A DNA stretch of 64,000 nt from an uncultured Thermoleophilia bacterium. GTDB lineage: Bacteria > Actinomycetota > Thermoleophilia > UBA2241. A model generated the notes under the pieces. That model was not told the DNA's origin. It did no database searches and saw nothing but the letters and a program-made list of their open reading frames with translations. The stretch covers positions 1-64,000 of the forward strand of contig CAVPCT010000004.1 in assembly GCA_963702475.1 (NCBI GenBank), written 5' to 3'. The position numbers and the translations under genes were made by a program. Below are positions 54,537-64,000 of this stretch, one piece after another; position 1 is the stretch's first letter, and each line of letters opens with the position of its first letter.

Positions 54537-55674
54537 ATGAAGGCCGTCGTGACCACCGGCAACGGCGGCTTCGACCAGCTCGACTACCGTGACGTGCCGA
54601 TACCTGTGCCGGCGTCGGGCGAGGTCCTGCTCCAGGTCCTCGCGGCGGGAGTGAACAACACGGAGATCAACACGCGGCTGGGCTGGTACTCCTCCTCAGT
54701 GACGGACAGCACCGAGAGCTTCGCCGAGACCCAGGCCGAAGCGGCCGAGGCCAAGGCCGACGGCGGCTGGGACCAGCCGACTCCGTTCCCCTTCATCCAG
54801 GGCACCGACTGCTGTGGCCGTATCGTCGAAGTCGGGCCGGGTGGAGACGAGAGCGTCCTTGGTAGCCGGGTCCTCGGTACGAGCCTGCATGCGACCGCTC
54901 GGGTACGGCTCGCTCGAGAACATCTGGATGGCCTCGGACTTCGACGGCGCGTTCGCGCAGTACGTGAAGGTCCCCGCCTCGGAGGTCTTCACCATCGAGT
55001 CCGATTGGAGCGACGTCGAGCTGGCAACGATCCCGTGCTCCTACGGCACAGCCGAGACCATGCTGCATCGCGCCGAGGTCGGCGAGGGCGACCGCGTCCT
55101 CGTCACCGGCGCGTCCGGTGGGGTGGGCTCGGCTGCGGTGCAGCTCGCCAAGCGGCGCGGCGCCCACGTCATCGCCGAGGACATCTACCACTTCAGGCAC
55201 GTGCGAGACCTGCCAGAGCCCGACGCGTCGCGCGTGCGCAGCGAGTGGCTGGAGCAGCTGCACGCCGCAGGCGCGGACCGCGTGGTGGACGAAGGCGACG
55301 ACATCGTCGCCGTGCTGGGGCACCAGTCCGTGGACGTCGTGGTGGACAACGTGGGGGGGCCGGCGTTCGCGAGCCTCGTAGAGGCGCTGGCCAGAGGCGG
55401 ACGGTACGCTTCATCCGGCGCGATCGCGGGTCCCATCGTGTCGTTCGACAAGCGCTCCTTCTACCTGAAGGACCTCACGTTCTTCGGCATCACGGCGTGG
55501 GACGAACCCGTGTTCCCGAACCTCGTGTCGTACATAGAGCGTCACGAGATCCGGCCGCTGGTGGCCAGGACCTACCCATTGGCGAAGATCGCCGACGCCC
55601 AGCGCGAGTTCCTCGAGAAGAAGCACCTGGGGAAGTTCGTCCTCGTTCCGCCTCAGGCAGAGCCCAGGGGCTGA
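54537..55674 (+). CDS. Medium-chain dehydrogenase/reductase (alcohol dehydrogenase/quinone or enoyl reductase-like) (+1 frameshift near 54875)
   Basis: MKAVV..GGFDQL, AAGVNNTE, FPFIQGTD, DGAFAQY, VLVTGASGGVG, VDNVGG, SGAIAGP, GKFVL. Confidence 0.82.
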
Positions 55675-55946
55675 GACGCTGCCGGCCGAAGTGACCACTC
55701 CCGGCACACAGCCTCGGACACGTGAGTCCGCCGAGATCGAGAGCCGTCTGTGCGGGCATCCGCACAGCGCCTCCGGAAGTGTCCAGACCTGACGCCGGGG
55801 CAGGGTCGCCCTCGACCGCCGGGCCGCTGACAGCCGCCCGCGTGACGCGTGGAGTGTTGTAGGAGCACACGAGAGGAGAGTCCGGAGCCCGTGGGGAGGC
55901 GGGCTGCCAAGCCGATTCGCAAAGCGCAAGCAAGGGGGATTCAAGT

Positions 55947-57632
55947 ATGGCCAGTGAGAAGTACACGAAGGAATACGAGCACCAACTGGTGGACCTGGTC
56001 CGTCGGGGCAAGATGACGCGGCGCCAGATGCTCGTCAGGGCCTCCGTCTTCGGCCTCTCGGCGACGGTCGCCGGCCAGCTGCTGGCCGCCTGCGGCAGCG
56101 ACGAAGGCGGCGAGACCACGTCAGCCTCGCCGTCGGCTGCCGCCGGGCCCGAGCCCGTCATGGGCGGCACCCTCAAGGTCATCATCTCGCCGTCGATCAC
56201 CGACATCGACCCGGTCACGATCTACGACCAGGGCGGCATCACGCTCATCTCGCAGTTCTGCGAGTACCTCATCAACCTCAAGGACGACATGACGCTGGAG
56301 GGCCGGCTGGCGGAGAGCTGGACGCCGAACGACACGGGCGACGTCTGGACCTTCACGCTGCGCCAGGGCATCATGTTCAACGACGGCAGCCCCTTCGAGG
56401 CACCGGACGTCGTCTCCACGATGGACCGCCTCGTCGATCCCAAGAGCGGCTCGGCCGCCCAGGCCGCCCTGCTCGGTATCCTCTCCGTCGGCGGCACGCA
56501 GGCAGTCGACCAGTACACGGTCGCATTCAATCTCGACAAGCCGTTCGCGGACTTCCCGTACATGGTGTGCACCTCCTCGTACAACACCGTGATGCTGCCG
56601 CGAAACTACAAGGGCGATTGGGTCAAGAACCCCGTGGGCACCGGTCCCTGGCTGCTCGAGAAGTACGTGGCCAAGCAGTCGTGCACCGCCACCAAGAAGC
56701 CCGACTACTGGCGCAAGGACGAGCAGGGCCGGCAGCTGCCGTACATGGACCAGATCGACTGGATCATGATCGCGGACGAGTCGGCCTCCACGCTACAGCT
56801 CCAGTCGGGGACCGCGGACGTACAGGCCCAGACGGTCTTCCAGGGGGCGCAGCCCTTGTGGACCGACCCCGACATCCGGGTGGACATCTACCCGTCTCCG
56901 GGCATCCGCGAGCTCCAGATGAACACCCTGAAGGAGCCCTTCACGGACAAGAGGGTGCGCCAGGCAGTCGCCCTCAGCCTCGACCGCGTGGCGATCAACC
57001 AGGCGCTCTTCGACGGCAAGAGCATCATCGGCAACGACACCTTCTTCCAGACACCGCCGTACCCCGATCAGCCCCCGACTGTGGAACGCGTCCAGGATCA
57101 CGAGAAGGCCAAGGCGCTCCTGGCCGAGGCTGGGTACCCCGACGGTCTCGACGTCACGCTGACCGCTGAGGAGTACCTGGAAGTCCCCCAGTACGCACAG
57201 CTCATCCAGGCGCAGTGCAAGCCGGCCGGCATCAACGTCAAGATCCAGCCGATCCCGTACGAGCAGTGGTACGCCGGCGCCAACGACGTGACGCCGTGGC
57301 TCAACGTGCCGTTCGGCATCACCGAGTGGGGTCCGCGCCCGACCCCCGGCGTGTTCGTGCAGGCCATGCTCCTGCCCGAGAGCGCCTGGAGCTCCTCGCA
57401 CTGGAACAACCAGGAGTTCGCGGGCATCTTCGAGCAGTACATGTCCACCACCGACGAGGCCGCACGGCTCGATCTGGCCACGCAGCTCTCGACGATCCAG
57501 CAGGAGGACACACCCATCATCGTGGCCTTCTACATCACGCAGCTGCGTGCCCAGAAGAAGGCCGTGCATGGCATCACCGGTCCAGGCGCCTTCTACTGTG
57601 ACGTGTCCGGCGCATTCATCGCGAACGCGTGA
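55947..57632 (+). CDS. ABC transporter substrate-binding protein, family 5 (OppA/DppA-like), Tat-exported lipoprotein
   Basis: TRRQML twin-Arg signal, LLAAC lipobox, LAESW, WTFTLRQG..FNDG, GTGPW, RVRQAV. Confidence 0.9.
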   Translation: MASEKYTKEYEHQLVDLVRRGKMTRRQMLVRASVFGLSATVAGQLLAACGSDEGGETTSASPSAAAGPEPVMGGTLKVIISPSITDIDPVTIYDQGGITLISQFCEYLINLKDDMTLEGRLAESWTPNDTGDVWTFTLRQGIMFNDGSPFEAPDVVSTMDRLVDPKSGSAAQAALLGILSVGGTQAVDQYTVAFNLDKPFADFPYMVCTSSYNTVMLPRNYKGDWVKNPVGTGPWLLEKYVAKQSCTATKKPDYWRKDEQGRQLPYMDQIDWIMIADESASTLQLQSGTADVQAQTVFQGAQPLWTDPDIRVDIYPSPGIRELQMNTLKEPFTDKRVRQAVALSLDRVAINQALFDGKSIIGNDTFFQTPPYPDQPPTVERVQDHEKAKALLAEAGYPDGLDVTLTAEEYLEVPQYAQLIQAQCKPAGINVKIQPIPYEQWYAGANDVTPWLNVPFGITEWGPRPTPGVFVQAMLLPESAWSSSHWNNQEFAGIFEQYMSTTDEAARLDLATQLSTIQQEDTPIIVAFYITQLRAQKKAVHGITGPGAFYCDVSGAFIANA

Positions 57633-57825
57633 CGAGAGCGGCCTGAAGAGGAGCTCGACCAGACGCAGGATTCTCGGGACGGCGCACTCCACGAGTCGCC
57701 GGTCGCCGCATGCGGCCAGACACCGCTCCCCGTGTCGGCAAGCGTGTGCGCACTTGCCGAGGTGCCGGCCGGCGTGGACTTCGCGCCCACGCCGGGAGTC
57801 CTGCGCCGCGTAAGGCGGGCCCCGA

Positions 57826-57861
57826 ACCCCGGCGCCGGCAGTCCCCCGCCGGCGCCGGGGT
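57826..57861. terminator. GC-rich 14-bp stem hairpin downstream of the first binding-protein gene
   Basis: ACCCCGGCGCCGGC-N8-GCCGGCGCCGGGGT, with no U-tract. Confidence 0.4.
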
Positions 57862-57994
57862 CGCCCCGCCCCAGAGCCACCGAAGTCGACGCACCGGGTC
57901 GCATATTAGTCGTAGGGAAGACGGTCCTCGGTAATCGTATGCTGTCGTCAGGCCGACTGACAGAACATCAGGCCAGCATGACGCGTCCTCGGCA

Positions 57995-58044
57995 CTAATT
58001 GACCGGTCAGTCCGTTTGCCATCAGGCGGCGCCGTGTGTATGGT
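57995..58044 (+). promoter_or_regulatory. Operator CTAATTGACCGGTCAGTCCG (57995-58014) abutting promoter TTGCCA-N17-TATGGT (58016-58044)
   Basis: Third copy of the 20-bp palindromic motif. Well-spaced -35/-10 with TG-rich sequence just upstream of the -10. Confidence 0.65.
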
Positions 58045-58127
58045 GAGCAACGTGGGGGAATCCGGCGCGATTCGGCACCGCGCCGGCCCAGCTCCAGGAG
58101 ATATGAATGATGGGGAGGCGTGCTTCG

Positions 58128-59819
58128 ATGGCTAACGACAATCACGATAACAGCGTCGACTACATGGTGGACCAGGTGCGCAAGGGCAAGATGACGCGGC
58201 GGCAGCTCATCGCCGGCGCCGGCGCGCTCGGCCTGGGCGCCACCGCGATGGGCAGCTTGCTCGCCGCTTGCGGAGAGGAAGAGGGCGGCGGCACGACGGC
58301 CTCGCCGGCGCCGAGCGGCAGCGGCGCACCCGAGCCGGTCATGGGCGGCATGCTCACGGGTATCATCCCGCCGTCGATCACCGACATCGACCCGGTCACG
58401 ATCTACGACCAGGGCGGCATCGTCCTCGTCCAGCAGGTCTGCGAGTACCTCATCGCGCTGGACAACTCCAACGGCCTCAAGCCGGGCCTCGCCACCGAGT
58501 GGTCGGGCAACGAGGACGCCTCGGTGTGGACCTTCAAGCTCCGCGAGGGCGTCACGTTCAACGACGGCAGCCCGCTCGAGGCGGAGGACGTCGTGGCCAG
58601 CCTAGATCGGTGCGTGGACCCGGACAGCGGCTCCGGCGCCCTCGCCGCCCTGCAGGGCATCCTCTCCCCTGGGGGCACCAAGGCCGTCGACACCATGACG
58701 GTGGAGTTCGCCTTGGACAAGCCGTTCGCCGACTTCCCGTACCTGGTCTGCCAGTCGTCGTACAACACCTGCATCCTCAAGCGCGACTACGCCGGCGACT
58801 TCGCGAAGAACCCGATCGGCACCGGTCCCTTCATGGTCGAGTCGTACAACGCCAAGCAGAAGGCCGTGATGAAGAAGAACCCCACCTACTGGGGTACCGA
58901 CGCCAACGGCAACAAGCTTCCGTACCTCGACTCGGTCACCTGGGTCATGGTGCAGGACGAATCGGCCGCCAACCTGCAGCTGCAGTCCGGCGCCGTCGAC
59001 TTCCAGCCGCAGACGGTGTTCCAGGGCTCCCAGGCGCTGTTCGCCGACCCCAACCTGCGCGTGGACATCTACCCCGGCTCGGGCATCCGCGAGGTCGCCT
59101 TCAACCTCGAGAAGGAGCCGTGGAAGAGCGCGCCCAAGGAGCTCCGCCAGGCGGTGGCATGGTGCCTCGACCGCGAAGCCATCAACATGGCTCTTTACGA
59201 CGGCCGCAGCCTCCTCGGCCATGACACCTTCTGGGAGCCGACGGTGTTCCCCGGCAGCCCCGACGTCCCCGAGCCGCGTATGCAGGACTACGCCAAGGCC
59301 AAGGAGCTTCTGGCCACGGCGGGCTTCGCCGACGGCGTCGAGATCGAGCTGACGGTCGCCAAGTACCTCGAGAACCCGCAGCTGGCCCAGCTCATCCAGC
59401 AGCAGTGCAAAGAAGCCGGCATCACCGTCACGATCAACCAGATCAGCTACGACGCCTTCTACGCCGGTGGCGAGAACGACACGCCGTGGCTCAACGCCCC
59501 CATGGTCATCGTGGAGTGGGGCAGCCGGCCCACGCCGGGCGTGTTCGCCCAGGCCATGCTCATGCCGGGCGTCCCGTGGAGCTCGTCGCACTGGGACAAC
59601 GCCGAGTTCGCCAGCACGTTCGACCAGTACATGGCGACCACGGACGAGACCAAGCGCACGGAGCTGGCCACCCAGCTCTCCACCATCCAGCAGGACGACA
59701 CGCCCATCATGGTGCCGTTCTACATCACGCAGCTGCGCACGCAGAAGAAGAACGTGTTCGGCATCCAGGGACCCGGCAACTTCTACTGCATCATGTCCGA
59801 AGCCTTCATGGCGAGCTGA
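58128..59819 (+). CDS. ABC transporter substrate-binding protein, family 5, Tat-exported lipoprotein (paralog of 55947)
   Basis: TRRQLI, LLAAC, PSITDIDPVTIYDQGGI shared with the upstream paralog. Confidence 0.9.
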   Translation: MANDNHDNSVDYMVDQVRKGKMTRRQLIAGAGALGLGATAMGSLLAACGEEEGGGTTASPAPSGSGAPEPVMGGMLTGIIPPSITDIDPVTIYDQGGIVLVQQVCEYLIALDNSNGLKPGLATEWSGNEDASVWTFKLREGVTFNDGSPLEAEDVVASLDRCVDPDSGSGALAALQGILSPGGTKAVDTMTVEFALDKPFADFPYLVCQSSYNTCILKRDYAGDFAKNPIGTGPFMVESYNAKQKAVMKKNPTYWGTDANGNKLPYLDSVTWVMVQDESAANLQLQSGAVDFQPQTVFQGSQALFADPNLRVDIYPGSGIREVAFNLEKEPWKSAPKELRQAVAWCLDREAINMALYDGRSLLGHDTFWEPTVFPGSPDVPEPRMQDYAKAKELLATAGFADGVEIELTVAKYLENPQLAQLIQQQCKEAGITVTINQISYDAFYAGGENDTPWLNAPMVIVEWGSRPTPGVFAQAMLMPGVPWSSSHWDNAEFASTFDQYMATTDETKRTELATQLSTIQQDDTPIMVPFYITQLRTQKKNVFGIQGPGNFYCIMSEAFMAS

Positions 59820-59849
59820 CCGGGCCAGGACTGATCCGCACCTTCTGAC

Positions 59850-59889
59850 CACGAGGCCCCCGGGACGCATGCGTCCCGGGGGCCTCGTG
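59850..59889. terminator. Perfect 40-bp palindrome, probable terminator between convergent genes
   Basis: CACGAGGCCCCCGGGACGCA|TGCGTCCCGGGGGCCTCGTG followed by CTTCTTCT on the + strand. Confidence 0.75.
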
Positions 59890-59945
59890 CTTCTTCTCGG
59901 GTCCGGCCCTGCCGGGGTGTCGGTCTTGGCGCTCGGCCACCAAGC

Positions 59946-61394
59946 TCACACCCGTCCCAGAGCCTCAGCGTCGGCCACGATCCGTGACATGCCTGTCTCC
60001 ACATCGGCGGGCAGGGGCTCGGGGCGATGCTCTCTGAGCACACGCCGCGCCTCCTCAGACGCTCGCGCGTAGACGTCCGTCGCGCCGATGCTCACCCAAT
60101 CGTCGCGCACGCGGCGGTCGAGCAGAAGCGGCCGGCTCATCTCTCTCATATGGCGCAGTGTCGCGCCCAGGCTCAGGAAGTCGCCGAACGGACCGACGGC
60201 CTGGATGTCGGCCACGGCCAGCGCATCGTCGTCGGTGCGAACGCCGCCGAGGCAGTGGGAGATCATCCGCGCGAACTCCGCGTCCAGCATCAACTGCGCG
60301 AAATCGAAGGTGAGGCCAGCTTCGATCATGCCCATGCCGTAGATGACGTCGGCGCCGCTGAGAGCCGCCAGGAGAGCCGAAAGCGTCTTCTCGTGCCCGG
60401 TCTGCGCGTCCGACACCTTGCCGTCGCTGAGTCCGCCGGCGACCATGCTGGGCAGTCCGTGCCGCCGGGCAAGCTGTGCAACGGCGGCGCTGACGAGTGC
60501 GAGCTCAGGCGAACCCCCTGTCGCGGACCCGAACCGCAGGTCAAGTGCCGTGGAGGCGCTCCCGTACACCACAGGAGTGCCCGGCCCAGTGAGCTGCGCG
60601 AGCGTGACGCCGGCCAGCACCTCCGCCTCGTGCGTGACCAGGGTCCCGGCGAGGGTCACCGGGGTGGAGCCTCCGGCCATGGCCATTGAGACCACGTTGA
60701 CGCCGACACCATGGCGTGCGCCCGCCATGATGACCTCACAGCAGTCGGCGAGCAGCTTGAGCGGGCTCACCGGGCACACCAGGAACGACAGGAGTGAGCC
60801 TTCGCGTACGGCCTCCGGTGAGCCCAAGATGGCCCTCTGGAGTTCCACGATGCGCTCGGCAACGTAGCCGTTCTGCGCACCCAGGAACGCGTGCTTCGTG
60901 GTGTTGCGCAGAATGGCATCGGCGTTGTGCAGCGCCGCCACGTGCTGGGGCACGTCGTGGGGCACAAGAGCCCGCACGCACACGGCGGCCTCGTCGAGCG
61001 CGTCCACTGCACGCGCGGCCGTTCCGACGTCCGCCTTCGTGGATGGGCGGCGATCACCCGAGAACGGGTCCACAAGGCAGATGCCTTCGCCGAAGTTGGT
61101 GAACGTGACCGCGCCGTTCCCGAAGACGGCGTCGTGCGAACGCTCCCGACCATGGGCCACCACGCGCGAGGGAGCCGTCTGCAGCGCCTCGTCCACGACC
61201 GTCGCAGGGATGCGCACGATCCGCGTGCCTCGGTCCACGCGGCAGCCACGAGATGCGAAGATCTCGACAGCGTCCCAGGACTCCACGAACACGCCGGTGG
61301 CCTCGAGCACGTCGAGCGCAGCGGCCTGGATGCGACCGATGTCATCGCTGCCCAGCAGCTCGAAGAACGGACGGCGACCGCCCTCGCCACTCAT
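59946..61394 (-). CDS. MttB family methyltransferase of the Pyl-like clade with Leu at the Pyl site (paralog of 42524)
   Basis: FTNFGEG, HDVPQHVAALHNADA, CPVSPLKL, PSMVAGG-L-SDGKVSDAQTGHEKT. Confidence 0.9.
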   Translation of the reverse strand: MSGEGGRRPFFELLGSDDIGRIQAAALDVLEATGVFVESWDAVEIFASRGCRVDRGTRIVRIPATVVDEALQTAPSRVVAHGRERSHDAVFGNGAVTFTNFGEGICLVDPFSGDRRPSTKADVGTAARAVDALDEAAVCVRALVPHDVPQHVAALHNADAILRNTTKHAFLGAQNGYVAERIVELQRAILGSPEAVREGSLLSFLVCPVSPLKLLADCCEVIMAGARHGVGVNVVSMAMAGGSTPVTLAGTLVTHEAEVLAGVTLAQLTGPGTPVVYGSASTALDLRFGSATGGSPELALVSAAVAQLARRHGLPSMVAGGLSDGKVSDAQTGHEKTLSALLAALSGADVIYGMGMIEAGLTFDFAQLMLDAEFARMISHCLGGVRTDDDALAVADIQAVGPFGDFLSLGATLRHMREMSRPLLLDRRVRDDWVSIGATDVYARASEEARRVLREHRPEPLPADVETGMSRIVADAEALGRV

Positions 61395-61503
61395 CACGAC
61401 GCGCGTTCGCCGCGCGGCCGGCCACCTCGCGATGACGAGGGACCATGCAGGCCGACCCGCACTATCCGCCGCAGCATAGCCGGTTCCGGTCTCCAGCTGC
61501 TGC

Positions 61504-62994
61504 TCACACCGCGCTTGCGGACAGAACGTCCGCGCACCCCAAGTCGCGTTCCGCCTTGCTGATGACGGCGCGCATCTCCTCGAGGGCGCCCTCGGGCAGC
61601 GGCGTTGGTACATGCGTATCGAGGATGCGCCTGGCGTGCTCGAGAGCACGATCGGCGACGTCTCTCGAGCCGTCGGCGACCCAGTCCTCGCGCACGCGGC
61701 GGTCCATCAGCGCCGGCCGGCTCTGCACACGCATGTGGCGCAGGGTGTCCTCGTGGCTGAGGAAATCGCTGAACGGGCCAACCTCGTGGATGACATCCAG
61801 GGCCATGGTCGCGTCGTTGACGGGCACGCCACCGACGCAGAACTTGACCAGGTCGGCGAACTCCGCGTCGATCACGAGCTGCGCGTAGTCGATGGTCATG
61901 GCGGTCTCGAGCATCCCCGCACCATAGATCAGGTTGGCGCCTGCCAACGCCGTCAACATGCCGGTGAGGGTCTTCTCGTGGCCGGACTGCTCATCCGTCA
62001 GCTTGGAGTCCGCCTACAACCCGGCGACCCAGCTCGGCAATCCGTAGTGCCGGGCGAGGCAGGCGATCGAAGCGTTGATGAGGGCGCACTCGGGACTGCC
62101 CACCGTCGCTGTTGCGGACCGGAGGTCCAGAGCCGTCGTCGAACTGCCGTAGATGAGAGAGGCTCCCCTGTGCGTCAACTGCGCCAGGGTGAGGGCCGAG
62201 AGCACCTCCGCGTTGTGCATGACGACCGCGCCCGCGAGGTTCACCGGCGACGAGCCCCCGGCCAGCGCCATCGAGACGACCGACGTCGGCACCCCCTCTC
62301 GTGCTCCCTCGATGAGAACGTCACACACGTCGCGCGGAAGCTTGAGCGGGCTTATCGGACAGACCACGTACGTGAGGATCGGACGCTCTCGCAGGCTCTC
62401 GGCGCCGCCCGCTATCGCTGCGGCCATCTCGCGCATGCGCGTGGCCAGATAGCCCGTGATCGGCCCGATGACGGCGTGCTTCGAGCAGTTGGCGAAGATG
62501 GCCTCCGCGTTGTGCAGGGGGCCCACCTGCTCGGGGACGTCGTGAGCACCGACGGGCCGCAGGATCGCGTCGATCTGAGGCAGCGCGTCGATGACCCGCG
62601 AGCAGTCGCCCACATCCCTCTTCATCGTCAACCGCCGCGCGCCGGTCTCGGGATCATTGACGAAGACGCCCTCACCGAAGTTGAGGAAGTTGACGCGGCC
62701 GTCCTCGAGCACCACGTCGTGCTTCGGGTCCCGGCCGTACATGATGAACTGTGACGGCGTCGAGCGTATGGCATCCTCGACCACGCAGCCGGGGATCTTC
62801 ACCACGCCGTCCGCCTCGACCCTGGCGCCCGCGCCGGCGAGGATCTCCTGGGCCTCCTCGGACTCGACGAAGACGCCCGTGCGCTCGAGCACCTCGAGTG
62901 TCCCGAGGTGGATATCCGCAAGCTCATCGGGCGTGAACACATCCAGACGCAGACCCCCGCTCGCGCGATGTCCCGCGTGAAGGCTGCGCTTCAC
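61504..62994 (-). CDS. mttB: Trimethylamine:corrinoid methyltransferase MttB, pyrrolysine-containing (in-frame TAG 62014-62016, codon 327; 496 aa)
   Basis: [47 protein letters not shown]. GTG start at 62994 with AAGGAGG RBS. Confidence 0.92.
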
Positions 62995-63072
62995 CGTGGC
63001 CACCTCCTTTCCAGGTGACTCCGCCTGCATCACGATGCCGAGCGCCCATCCTTCCGCCGACAACGAGTCCGC

Positions 63073-64000
63073 TCAAGTCAGGAGCCATGAAGGCACGCTC
63101 TCGCGAGCGAGCACGTCCGCGACGGTCTCTCTGCGGCGGACGACCGCCGCGCGCCCGTTCGACACCATCACGGTAGCCGAGCGGGGAATGGCGTTGGACT
63201 GGCAGGCGAATCCCTCGTTGTACGCCCCCATGTCCAGGAAGGCGAGCACATCGCCGATCCGCATCGCAGGCAGTTCGCGCTCTTTGACGAGCACATCCGC
63301 CGCGTTGCACGTCTGCCCGGCGATGTCGACGACCTCGGTGCCCTCACGGTTCGGGTCGTTGGCTATGACGACGTGGTGCACGCGGTTGTAGGGATCGAAG
63401 GGGTCGCCCATCTCGTTGGTGTTGCCGTCGACGTACACCCACTTCTTCTTGGCGAGGTTACGGTCGTCCTTGAGACTGCCGACCTTGACCACCCACATGC
63501 CGGCGCTGTCGACGCAGTAACGGCCGGGCTCGGCCAACAGGACAGGCACAGGGATGTCGTGCTCCTTGCACTTGGACACGATCGCGTCACTGATGACCGC
63601 GGCGTAGTCCTCGATGGAGGGGGGAGCCTCCTGCCCAACGCGCTCCGGGACGAAGCCGCCCCCGATGTTGAGGTACTGAGGAGCCCAGCCGAACCTCTTC
63701 TTGATGAGGCCGATCATGTCGATCAGTTCCTCGGTCTCCTCGCGGAAGTATCCCGCGCGACGTGGGATACCGCCGTGGTACATGACCCCTTCGAGCGAGA
63801 TGTTCTCCACCTCCAGGGCACGCTCGACCTCGGCGAAGTAGTTCTCGGGATCGAGCCCGAACTTGAAGGTCCGCTCCCAGTAGGTGGGGCTGATGCCCTC
63901 GGGATAACGCGGGTCCACGTACACGACTTCTTCAATGGCGTTCAGCGGCAAGCGGATCCGCAGGGACACACGCGCGGTCTTGCCCATGTCTCCCGCCAGC
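63073..64000 (-). CDS. PLP-dependent group IV decarboxylase, diaminopimelate decarboxylase (LysA)-like; 5' end outside the window
   Basis: KFG, NIGGGF, AEPGRY, VDG, AGQTCNAADVL, GDVLAFLDMGAY, RRRET. Confidence 0.8.
   Translation of the reverse strand, partial: LAGDMGKTARVSLRIRLPLNAIEEVVYVDPRYPEGISPTYWERTFKFGLDPENYFAEVERALEVENISLEGVMYHGGIPRRAGYFREETEELIDMIGLIKKRFGWAPQYLNIGGGFVPERVGQEAPPSIEDYAAVISDAIVSKCKEHDIPVPVLLAEPGRYCVDSAGMWVVKVGSLKDDRNLAKKKWVYVDGNTNEMGDPFDPYNRVHHVVIANDPNREGTEVVDIAGQTCNAADVLVKERELPAMRIGDVLAFLDMGAYNEGFACQSNAIPRSATVMVSNGRAAVVRRRETVADVLARESVPSWLLT

Noticed and set aside
55680-55946. Riboswitch (glycine or cobalamin) in the leader of the binding protein, or in 53060-53540
   Set aside because: Only fragments such as GGAGAG are present. 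I could not find the conserved cores by eye; an Rfam search would be needed.

Overview
High-GC bacterial window; the gene style suggests an anaerobic actinobacterium, possibly Thermoleophilia-like (inference only). It is almost entirely a methylamine/betaine demethylation island. It holds 12 trimethylamine methyltransferase (MttB) superfamily paralogs, one dimethylamine methyltransferase (MtbB) and a single cognate corrinoid protein. Four genes are split by an in-frame TAG exactly at the known pyrrolysine position: mtbB (412-414) and three mttB genes (38609-38611, 52068-52070, 62014-62016). This points to pyrrolysine use, although TAG is also an ordinary stop in eight other genes here and I saw no pyl genes in the window. 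Interleaved are an E. coli ygcW/E/U/R/Q-like cluster, panB, aminotransferases, two ornithine-cyclodeaminase-family genes, two beta-hydroxyacid dehydrogenases, a tungsten AOR, glpD, a prpE-mmsA-pccBA-mutase-meaB-mce propionyl-CoA route, two Tat-lipoprotein binding proteins and Lrp, TetR and GntR regulators. Non-coding structure includes two recurring operator motifs, a shared promoter architecture, a ~52-bp REP-like repeat family and a 593-bp apparently perfect inverted repeat between two Pyl-mttB genes. About 12 single-base frameshifts are most likely long-read errors. Comparisons with reference proteins are from memory, not from database searches.
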